Assembly: GCA_904063045.1 (NCBI GenBank)
Contig: CAJFCJ010000005.1
Location: forward strand, 2,846,165-2,910,164
Source of the DNA: Dimorphilus gyrociliatus
Taxonomy: Eukaryota; Animalia; Annelida
Reading direction: 5' to 3'
DNA length: 64,000 bases
The translations under genes and the position numbers were made by a program. This document shows, piece by piece, positions 54,186 to 64,000 of this stretch. How positions within the stretch are numbered: position 1 is the first letter of the stretch; every line of letters begins with the position of its first letter. The notes below the pieces were generated by a model. It was not told the DNA's origin, made no database searches, and saw only the letters and a list, made by a program, of their open reading frames with translations.

Positions 54186-55573
54186 ATGTATACACAGTCT
54201 CTTTTGCAAGTACTGTTCGTTGCAGTATGTCTTGAAAATACCATAGCTCTTCATCCAATAGTCATTAACACTTGGCCTTTTGTTAATGCGACCGATGCAG
54301 GTTTAGTTTCTTGAAGCTAAGAGAGTTTCGTATTCTAATCAGTAAATTCGATAGCATGGAATGCCCTAACTGTTCAACGGGTAAAGGCAGTTGATGCAGT
54401 TGTAGCAGGATGCAGTAGATGCGAACGCCAACGATGCGATGGTACAGTCGGCTATGGTGGGTCTCCAGATGAACATGGAGAAACTACTTTAGATGCCATG
54501 ATCATGGATGGGTAATCATCATAAATCTTTAAATCAGCCGTCTTTACTTAAGAATATTTATCTTTGTCAATCGCAGCGTTACGCACGATGTGGGCTCAGT
54601 TGGAGGTTTACGACGTGTAAAAGATGCCATTGCGGTAGCAAAAGCCGTTATGCAATATACAACCCATACTTTACTTGTAGGAGATTTAGGTTCTTATCCT
54701 ATTAACCGTCCCGGTAATGTTATTATCTTAGTATTGAAAAATGTTCTTTAAATTCAGCCACCGAATTTGCTCAATCGATGAATTTTGAGATATCAAATTT
54801 GTCAACACCGCAAACAGCAAAACGACACGAGCGATGGGTTGAAAATAATTGCCAACCAAATTTTCGAAGGGTAAAATAATTTTTTATATATGACTCAAAT
54901 ATCAGAGTTTGTATTTATATTAGTTTCCTTCAGAATGTGAGACCCGATCCAACAACTAGCTGTGGACCATATTCTCCTGCAGATAGGATATCTTATAAGT
55001 TTTATGGAGGTAATAGGAGAACGTCAGCCTCAAGAACCAACCACGATACAATTGGTATGGTTGTTATTGACAATGACGGTGATATAGCTGCCGGTACTTC
55101 CACAAACGGCTTAACTTGGAAGGTTCCAGGGTTAGAAGTTATTATCTTTAAAAATTACAGCTATTAATCATCAACCTACAAATAGGAGAGTAGGAGATTC
55201 CCCAATTGCTGGAGCTGGGTCATATGCCGATAATGAGGTTGGAGGGGCAGCGGCAACAGGAGACGGAGATGTCATGATGCGATTTCTACCAAGTTTCTTA
55301 GCTGTCGAAGAAATGAGACGGGGAGCAAGTCCAACTGAGGCTGCTAGAACAGCTATCGGTCGCATTACAAGACATTACCCAAACTTTTCAGGAGCTCTTA
55401 TTGCTGTAAACAAAGATGGCGAGACAGGTACGTACATGTAAAAATGAAATGTGATTAAGATTATATGTTTTCTGCTATCAGGTGCTTCATGCAGCAGATA
55501 TAGAAATTTTCCCTATAGCGTTCGAAATGGTACTTTAGGTGAAACGAAGGTCATAAGAGTCAATTGTCTCTAA
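54186..55573 (+). CDS. AGA: Aspartylglucosaminidase
   Basis: Signal peptide; VINTWPF; [22 protein letters not shown]; HDTIGM (nucleophile Thr); [12 protein letters not shown]. Confidence 0.97.
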
Positions 55574-55882
55574 TAAAGATATCTAAATAATCTGACTATC
55601 AAAGAACTTTTATAAAAAACGTCATACATGTAGAGTAAACATTATAGCTAGTACTTTTTTATCTTCGATTATCATCACTGATAAAAAACGTGAAAAAAGT
55701 CATAATTTTATAAATGTCCATTTATTGGAAATTAATAAATCAAATAGTCTGTATGTTTTCTTATTTACTTTAGTTGATCATATTTTTTAAAATTCTTGTA
55801 AAAACACGAATCAAATACTTCTAAAAGCTAGATACAATAAAATACTAATTAATTGTTCTCATTAAGTTGTTCTTGTGACCTA

Positions 55883-56229
55883 TTAATGAACTTTGGAAAG
55901 GGAAACTTCCTTTCCGGTCTTTTTTAAAGCTTCCAAAACCTTTTCTTGATCGATATCTGTGGTCACGTACAGCTTTTTGTTGGCCAAATCTGCTTCAACA
56001 TCGTTCACTAGAAATAGAATTAAAAAAAATGTGTATTATCAGAGTTGTGATAGTCAGTCACTAAATTATCTATTACCTCCTATTTTAGCCAAGTTTCTCT
56101 GTGCGGCCTTAGAGCAGCCCTCGCAAGTCATAGCAAAGTCGTATTCTAATTTCTGAAATTATTTAAATCCAAGATTAATATGTAATATAAACATTCTAAA
56201 ATTTTATTTATAATACTACTAACCGGCAT
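55883..56229 (-). CDS. ATOX1: Copper chaperone ATOX1 (3 exons; missed by the ORF track)
   Basis: Exons 56229-56224 (MP), 56152-56077, 56007-55883 give MPKLEYDFAMTCEGCSKAAQRNLAKIGVNDVEADLANKKLYVTTDIDQEKVLEALKKTGKEVSLSKVH*; MTCxGC motif. Confidence 0.93.
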
Positions 56230-56852
56230 GTTAACTTCGCTATTAAGAATATGAATTAAACGGGACTTTTAGCAGCTGGTAAAAAGGTCAAGGTCTTTTG
56301 TTGTATTTTACCGCACAATGTAAACGGAAAGTAAAATATGGCGCGAAATAATTTGAATTTGATTTAATCTGTTTTATGAATCAGTAAAACATTCGAGAGA
56401 TTTCATTTCCATCGTTGTAGTAGTCAATACGTACTGAGAAATAATGTATACACAGATATGCATGTATACACTGTATATATACTAATATTGACAGTCAAGA
56501 GAATGTATAAACGCTTCAGACTTATATTAACATATTTTTAATAATCAATCAAAATACAAGTCATATCAATATTTCTAGTTTATAGTATTATTATTTCAAT
56601 AGTTTTAGAAGATATGAACAATGTTGAAGAGATCTTGAATAGATGTGCTGAGATGAGTATAAACATGAAACTTTTTATAGAAAAATTTCAAGGAATTGTT
56701 TAAAAGTATTAACTCTTTTAGATGACATATAAATAGCATTGTAAGAGACACTAACCAGCTGTTATGGCCAAAGTGACACAAAACGTTTAGGCCGCAATAT
56801 CAACTGTATCGGTCTTATTTGGCTTTGCGAAGACTACTGTTAGTTGTTGATT

Positions 56853-57683
56853 ATGGATGTACCTATATTAGGTTCGGTAATATATTTAATATTTGTCTCA
56901 ATTTTATGCCGTTTGGCACGGTTTATAATTAACAAACTACCGTCTAATCAACGACTTTATCTTCGCATTGCTGTCGCTTCGTTTCAAATGTGTGCTTGCA
57001 GCTTGGAGAATGCAGTTGTATTTGGAAGTTATGGATGGTATGCGTTGTAGATATAATATCAAGCCATTATGTAATAATAATTGATAATACTTAGGTATGT
57101 CTATAGTCTTCATATGTGGATTGTTGGTTGCTATCTGTCTTCTGTTTTAGAAGATTTACAAACAAGTAACGTTTGCACGACAGTCTACGCTTATCTCACG
57201 TCAAGAACTGGATTGAGAAGACTAATGTTAATATGTTTTATTCAATTACTTGCAGGACTTGGCAGCTTTTATCTAGCTTATACAATTTGGTCTCTACGCC
57301 TGACTACTGCTCATGAACGACGTCTAAGTTCATTTGATAATGGCTGTGCAAATTTTCTTCCAATATCTGTATATTCTGCTGCATTAGTCGAATATTTAGG
57401 CACTATTGCAGATAGGGGATTGCCTCTGTTCTTACTGACTTCGAGGAAAATCGAGTTAAAGACATGGACATATGTTTTATGGAACGTTATCATAACTATA
57501 ACAGGTGTAAAGGCTACTGGAATGTTCGCCAACCCGGTAAACGCTAGTAACCAAATGTTCGGTTGCTCTGGTTTAACAAAATCAGAGCATATATTTATTT
57601 ATTGGGTTTCGCCATTGGCGGCAACAATAACATTATATTTAATATTTAGACGACATGTCGTTAAAACAGTTAAATCTGAATAG
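56853..57683 (+). CDS. Unorthodox aquaporin (AQP11/12-like), 2 exons
   Basis: Intron 57038-57094; first NPA box reads SNVC, second reads TGMFANPVNASNQMFGC; ends YWVSPL...HVVKTVKSE. Confidence 0.8.
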
Positions 57684-57904
57684 TTTCTCGGCTCGTTCTC
57701 ACTTGTATCTTTCGTCCTGAAATCAAAGGGAATACTTTATAATGGAATTGTATAAAGAATGAAATTTATCTAATAAATAAAAATTTTCAGTAAGTTATAT
57801 TGTCGATCATATAGTTTCTGACGGCACTTCCAACGTTTCATCATGTTCATAGCAAACTATTTCAAAGATATAAGAGGATACAACTTACCCGAAATTTACT
57901 CGAC

Positions 57905-58587
57905 CACGTGTTTTCGCTTCACGTCAAATTATCGTCTGCGGGGTCATTACACTTGATGCTTTCGTAAAAGAAAGTCATTAAATTACTTGATTCATTCTGA
58001 AATCAGCTAGCAAAATTAAATTCGACTTCTTCATCAGAATCTTCTATCAGCCACACATGGTTAATGATCAGACGGCAGCAGGAAAGTAAATGGCGGATAG
58101 TGAGTCGTTCCCGCCGAAACCAGACTATGGTCCAGTTTATTAAGTGAGTCCTTTCTTATTAATTGTTATAATTATATACAAAAAAGTTGACACCCCTGTT
58201 AAAAAAGGAATATTCTATATTTATACGAAAGAAAATTGCTTTTTCAAGTCTTTTATTTCTGTTTGTAACACTTTAATTTTTTTTTCTATTTGTAATTTAG
58301 TTAAATTATTATAAAATAATACTACTATGAGATGTCCTGCTCCAGGAAATACTTTCACATGGAACCACTTTCGCTTCAAAGTGCGTAATTTATATTTCAC
58401 AGTAGACCTTTGTCAACTAAAGTCAAAATACTTCTCCAATTATCTCGGTAAGTATTACGTGTTCTTAAGTACAATAATTCATAAGAGCATTTCTTATTCT
58501 CATAGTTTCTAAAACTATTCCTTTTTATTGATTCGGCGAGCGATATTAAATGTTTAAATCAATAAGCAATCACGTGGAAAACACGCG
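57905..58587. promoter_or_regulatory. E-boxes upstream of CTPS (CACGTG 57905-57910 and 58571-58576, CACGCG 58582-58587)
   Basis: Direct motif matches; CTPS is a known Myc-class target in other animals. Confidence 0.45.
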
Positions 58588-58774
58588 TGATTGTTTCACC
58601 AGGTTTTTCATGTATAGGTCATAGAACTACAAAAGTAGGCTAGTATACAACAATTAACAATTCAGCAATCCCGTTAGCCAATCACGAGTCATCGACTATA
58701 AATTTAGCAACTAGTTTCATTCGCATTTTTATTCTAGACAGGTAGCTCGAAGTTACCACAGCCTTGCCTCTAGT

Positions 58775-60743
58775 ATGAAATATATTCTTGTGACCGGTGG
58801 TGTGATTAGTGGTATTGGGAAAGGCGTAATTTCTTCTTCGATTGGAACACTTTTGAAGTCACATGGCGTTAGAGTTACATCTATTAAAATTGATCCATAC
58901 ATAAATATCGATGCTGGCACATTTTCGCCTTATGAACATGGAGAAGTCTATGTATTAGACGATGGAGGCGAGGTGGATTTGGATCTAGGAAATTATGAGC
59001 GATTTTTAGATGTTACATTACATAGAGACAACAACATTACAACTGGAAAAATTTATAAATCTGTGATTGAGAAGGAAAGACGTGGTGATTATCTCGGAAA
59101 AACAGTTCAAGTTGTACCTCACATTACTGATGCTATTCAAGAGTGGATAGAAAAAGTAGCTGTTGTCCCTGTAGATCCTGAAGATCAAAAAGAACCTGAA
59201 GTATGCTTGATAGAACTTGGAGGTACAATTGGTGATATAGAAGGTATGCCTTTTGTGGAAGCCTTAAGACAGTTTCAAAGAAGAGTTGGTAAAGAAAATT
59301 TATGCATTGTGCATGTCAGTCTGGTTCCTGAACCAAAGGCTACTGGAGAACAGAAAACAAAACCAACGCAAGCAAGCGTTAGAGAATTACGTGGTTTGGG
59401 ATTGTGCCCTGATTTAATAATGGCTCGTTGTACTTCCGTACTAAATGAGTCGAGTAGAGTTAAGATTTCAACTTTCTGTGATGTTGCACCAGAATGTGTT
59501 ATAGGTGTTCCTGATGCATCATCCGTTTATAAAGTGCCCCCTCTTTTGGAAGATGCAAATTTGATTGAATATTTCACAAATAGATTAAGCCTTCCTTTAA
59601 AACGCAATAAGAGTGCCCTCGCCAGATGGCGAGATTTAGCAAATAAACACGACACAGTGCAAAAAGAAGTACGTATAGCTTTAGTAGGAAAGTATACTAA
59701 ATTTGAAGACTCCTATGCAAGTGTAATAAAGTCCTTAAGACATGCTGCCCTTAAAGTTAATCATCGATTAACAATTCAGTAAGTCTAAACTAATATTCAC
59801 TTAAAAACATATATGATAGCGAAAATTTCCACCGACAGCTATATTGAGGCTGATGATCTGGAATTAACAACGCAAGTAAAAGAACCAGTTAAATATCATG
59901 AAGCTTGGCAGGCATTATGTAGTTCTGATGGAGTCCTTGTACCTGGTGGATTTGGTATGAGAGGAATGGAAGGCAAAATTTTAGCCTCTAAATGGGCCAG
60001 AACAACGAATAAACCATTCTTGGGAGTTTGTCTTGGACTGCAATGTGCAGTTATTGAATTCTCTAGAAATGTTTTAAAATATGCTGATGCTAATACAACT
60101 GAAGCAAATCCTAAGACCAGTAAACCTGTCGTCATTGAAATGCCAGAACACAATCCTGGAATTGTAAGCATATCAAACTGCTCCTATTTTTTTATTCTTT
60201 TTTTAGATACGAGATTATAAAGGTCAATAGTACCATTAAAAAAATGTAACCTACATTTTTTAGATGGGAGGAACTATGCGACTCGGTCAAAGGAGAACAA
60301 ACTTTACGACTTCGGCCAATAATTCGGTTATAAGAAAATTATACGGAGATCATGACTATGTTGAAGAGAGACATAGACACAGGTACGAGGTTAACCCAGA
60401 AGTTGTTGATGAGCTAGAAAAGCATGGCCTTAAGTTTGTTGGACGTTCCACTGATGGACAAAGAATGGAGATACTGGAATTAGAGGATCACCAATATTAC
60501 GTAGCTGTTCAGTATCACCCAGAATATATTTCAAGACCTCTGAAACCCTCTCCCCCCTATTTAGGATTAATTTTAGCATCTACTGGTAGATTGCAAAACT
60601 ACTTGGAAAAAGGATCCAAATGTTCCCCAAGGTTGTCTGTTTTATATAAATAAAAAAACAAATTATTTAATTCTATTATTTATTTTAGATACACGGATTC
60701 CAGCGGAGTCTCTGAGTGCGACGAGTTTGACTCGACCGAGTAA
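58775..60743 (+). CDS. CTPS: CTP synthase
   Basis: [17 protein letters not shown]; KPTQASV; GVCLGLQ (catalytic Cys); QYHPEY. Confidence 0.98.
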
Positions 60744-60902
60744 AACCATTTCGTTTTAATGAAATGCTTTTATTTTTGATATTTTTTTTAGATGAATAAA
60801 AGTTGTATTTATTAGCAATCGATACAATTGTATTTATTTGAATTTTGGAAATATGACAAAACGCACATAAGAAAGGAACTATTTAATTAAGTGAACATAA
60901 AA

Positions 60903-63139
60903 TTAATCAAATGTTTGTCTCTTTCCCGCGTATTGCTGAACCCCAGTGCTCGGTCTACCTCTGAATCCACCGCCACCTCCACGACCACCTCTTCCTCTGA
61001 ATCCTCCACCGCCGCGACCGCCACGACCTCTAAATCCACCGCCGCCGCCACCTCCAAATCCACCCCCACGACCTCCTCTGAAGCCGCCGCCGCCGCCTCC
61101 TCCTCCTCCGCGTGGTGTTGAGAAATCGACAAATACACTTCTTCCGTCTATGTCACATCCTTGTTTCTCCTCCAAGCATTTCTTAGCATCCTCTTCTGAA
61201 TCAAACTCGACATATCCAAAACCTTTCGATCTACCAGTATCTGAGTGAGTAATAATGCGAGCTGCAGTACCTCCCATTGCTTTCTGAAGACCTTCTTCAG
61301 TTGTATCAAAACTCAAATTCTTCACAAATAGTGTACTGGAGCTACTGCCTCGATTACCACCATCAAATGATTTCTTAGGTCCCTTGCTGTTCTTGCTCTT
61401 AGAACCACAAAAATCCAAAAACAACGATCTACCTTTCAAAGTGTGTCCTTGGTTTTCATTGAGAGCTGTCTCAACCTGAGCCTCAGTCTCGTACTCGGCA
61501 AAAGCGAATCTAAAAACGTTCAAGTTTTTAAAAATATTTTCTTAAGAGAATATTAGCGTTCTCGTTGTCTAATAAAACTCTCAGACAAATGCCTCGAAAT
61601 GTTAAGATCATAGGCTTTAAGCCTATCAAATGTTAAGGTAGCTTTTCGATTCATCACCGCAAATATCTTATTTGACAACTTTATTAGAAAATGACTTACC
61701 CTCTATGGCCATAACCATTTTGCTTGTCTTTTGCGAGTCTAACATCAGTTGCAGTACTGAAGACGTTGTACAAATCATCTTCAGTTACACTATCGGCGAT
61801 ATTTTTAATAAAAAGCGTTCTTTTATCCTTTTCTGTAAAAATAAATATTGTTAAATAATTGTCCTAATTTTAGGTAGCATTTCCCTATATATTCTTAATA
61901 ATCAGGCCAAATGCCTAAGACTACATTTGCATAATGCGTTCAGACTCGTCATCTGTTCATCATTTTTTTCTTAATGCAAAAACTTAATCCTAACAATGAA
62001 CGTACCTTCAAATCCATTATCTTCACTCTTTTCTGCTACAAAAGAATTATCTTCCTTTTTGGTGTCGGGTTGTCCATCCTGCTTTATATACAAAGTACAT
62101 CCTTTATATTCTGAGGCATCTAGACCAGTTGCAGTATCCATATCTAGAGGATTTTCCAGAGTTATTATCGCAAAATCTTTGTCTTCTTTTTTGTCAACAT
62201 TTTCCAATGGGATCTTCTTCTTCTTGAAGAATTTGATTAACTGATCTTCAGTCAAATCCCTTACACCTTTGACGAATATTTTCTTGTTTCCTTCAGTTGT
62301 ACCGTTTGCACCTGATAAGTATATATTTAGCATAGTTCTTTGCAGCTAATTTATATTTAAAGACGTACCATTTTCTTTTTCTTCACCTGATTCCTCATCC
62401 TCGGAACTACTGTCCTTAGATTTCTTAGAGGGAACCTCTTCTTTTTCGGACTTTGCCTTACGTTTCTTGGATTTTTTCTCATCTTCGTCACTTGAATCTT
62501 CATCTGAAGACGACTCTTTTGCTTTCTTGGATTTCTTGGCCTTCTTAGAAGGGATAGATTCTTTCTCTGCCTTAGCCTTACGTTTTTTAGATTTTTTATC
62601 TTCTTTCTCACTTTCTTCATCAGAACCTTCATCACTACTTTCTTTCTTGTTCTTTTTCTTATTATCTTTCTTGCTCTTTTTCGATTTCTCTGAATAATAG
62701 AACGACATGTTACTTTCGTAGGAAAGAAGTCTTTTTTAACTTACTGCTTTTCTTTTTTTCTTCTTCTTCGCTGTCTAAGACTTCTTCCTCGCTTTCTTCT
62801 TCCTTGGGAGGGACATCTTTCTTCTCCTTTTTCTGTCGAAGAATAAAATTAATAAAACGTGGTATGAAAAGTTACATGTAAGCTGAGTATATGGCTACAC
62901 GTTGCCACATATTACTGTGTGTATGGGGAGTTGTACATCTACTTCTACATTGCCTAAATATACAACTTACCCTAAAATTCTACAAGAATTTCCTTTTTGA
63001 GGGTTCCGATTCATTTAACCAAAATTATTAGTAAATAGGTTGTTTTCTGGTTTTAGACTGTATGGTTAAGTGGCTTGGTCTCTAATTTAAAGCTTTCTTA
63101 AGGAATTTGCGTCGTGACCTCGATAACTTTCGCCGACAT
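60903..63139 (-). CDS. NCL: Nucleolin (acidic/basic N-terminus, three RRMs, GAR domain); first coding exon uncertain
   Basis: Exons 62832-62745, 62689-62369, 62311-62006, 61832-61700, 61509-60903 join in frame; RNP motifs KGFGYVEF and GFAFAEY; RGG tail; candidate exon 1 MSAKVIE at 63139-63119. Confidence 0.88.
61577..61662 (-). ncRNA. SNORD15: Box C/D snoRNA, U15/SNORD15-like (copy B), in nucleolin intron 61510-61699
   Basis: C box GTGATGA (61657-61651); D box CTGA (61584-61581) preceded by CGAGGCATTTGT; internal GCTACCTTAA complementary to 28S UUAAGGUAGC; hairpin ATAGGCT-TAA-AGCCTAT between the putative D' and C' boxes. Confidence 0.88.
61897..61968 (-). ncRNA. SNORD15: Box C/D snoRNA, U15/SNORD15-like (copy A), in nucleolin intron 61833-62005
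   Basis: C box ATGATGA (61963-61957); AGATGACGAG-T-CTGA (D'); AGGCATTTGGC-CTGA (D, 61905-61902). Guides are complementary to the conserved 28S segment GCCAAAUGCCUCGUCAUCU. Confidence 0.88.
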
Positions 63140-63311
63140 GCGAGTCCTTACCCACTGAAAACGGTCTCTCAATGTATTTCGCCTTTTAAATAGATTCAAA
63201 AAATGTACGTTTTTGATCATATCGCTACATTTCAGCCAAATTAGCTGATGAGCGGCCGTCGCTCAACTTTATTTAGCATTTAAGCCAAAACATGCGGTCT
63301 CCCATGTCAAG

Positions 63312-63527
63312 CACGTGGGAACTTTCGGCATTTTTCTTTGCCTGTAATTATTCTTCTATCTTTGAATAGTTAATGTACAACATCTTACCTGCTTATCTTT
63401 GCTGCCCTTAACTTTCATATTTGTAACAAAAACAGGGAATGTAGACTTAAACAAACGAGATTTTTGCAGATTCAACAATTCAATCACGCGGTTCACGCTG
63501 AATGGAAAGCCGTATGTAAGTCACGTG
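63312..63527. promoter_or_regulatory. E-boxes upstream of nucleolin (CACGTG 63312-63317 and 63522-63527; CACGCG about 63485)
   Basis: Direct motif matches; nucleolin is a classic Myc target. Confidence 0.45.
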
Positions 63528-64000
63528 TAATGCTATACCCAGCATGCGCTATTACGATTAATCGTATTTTCGATTAATCGGTTATAATTTAATCGATGAC
63601 CTGTTTCAAACTCTAAAAAACTAATCTCTTGAAGAATTTGACAGAATAGATAACAGTTAAAAAATAAATCTTATGTAAAAGTTATGATATTCTTTTTGGC
63701 AAGAGTAAGCCAGCAATATGTTACTCGAGCAACAAACAGTTTTTAGATGTCCCTGAAAGTTAAACGATAATAATTTTAGTACAGCAATGAGAAAATAGCT
63801 TTGCAGTGGGTTTACTATAAAAATAGTATTTTTTATATTTAATATATGAAAACTTAAAGTAAGTTGATAAAAGCAGATGAATCAAATATAACAAAGATTT
63901 AAAATAAAGAAGACTGGTATCTGTCATAGAGTTCTAAATGAAGACAGGTACCAGGTGTAGCTTATTGCTTTGGCGGGTTTTTCAATTACATATCGTTAAC

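Noticed and set aside
50882-55573. Two Thr-nucleophile Ntn-hydrolases (GGT7, AGA) head-to-head
   Set aside because: Distant superfamily members with no sequence similarity; adjacency is most likely coincidental.
56615-56703. Short ORF MNNVEEILNRCAEM... upstream of the aquaporin
   Set aside because: About 29 codons, no motif, TSS unknown; cannot be distinguished from chance.
60887-61248. Pro-rich and Ser/Thr/Ala-rich ORFs overlapping the nucleolin 3' exon
   Set aside because: Antisense and alternative-frame shadows of the Gly/Arg-rich GAR repeat.

Overview
AT-rich, very gene-dense animal genomic DNA: about 23 protein-coding genes in 64 kb, most introns about 50-70 nt, no recognisable transposon. 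The compactness suggests a miniaturised invertebrate genome such as the annelid Dimorphilus; this is an inference, not verified. Gene order by manual splicing and translation: POT1(-), TauD-like dioxygenase(+), PKI(-), SERINC(+), atypical Rab(+), DUF294-like nucleotidyltransferase-TPR protein(+), UBXN11(+), TPH(+), DDX39B/UAP56(-), RNASEH2C(+), NPAT-like(-), POLD1(+), FANCA(+) lying inside an intron of a SMYD gene(+), a kinase-less activin-receptor-like protein(+), DNMT1(+), GGT7(-), AGA(+), ATOX1(-), unorthodox aquaporin(+), CTPS(+), nucleolin(-) hosting two U15-type C/D snoRNAs. Strongest leads: (1) an intronless FANCA ORF nested on the same strand in an intron of a SMYD methyltransferase gene, apparently sharing its first exon(s); (2) a UAP56 poison exon preceded by competing 13-14 bp RNA helices; (3) two U15 paralogues whose guides are offset by one nucleotide on adjacent 28S adenosines; (4) mutually exclusive exons in SERINC; (5) an uncharacterised NTase-TPR protein; (6) DNMT1 lacking its CXXC finger. 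Gene identities rest on motifs recognised from memory; no database searches were run, and exon boundaries are manual predictions.
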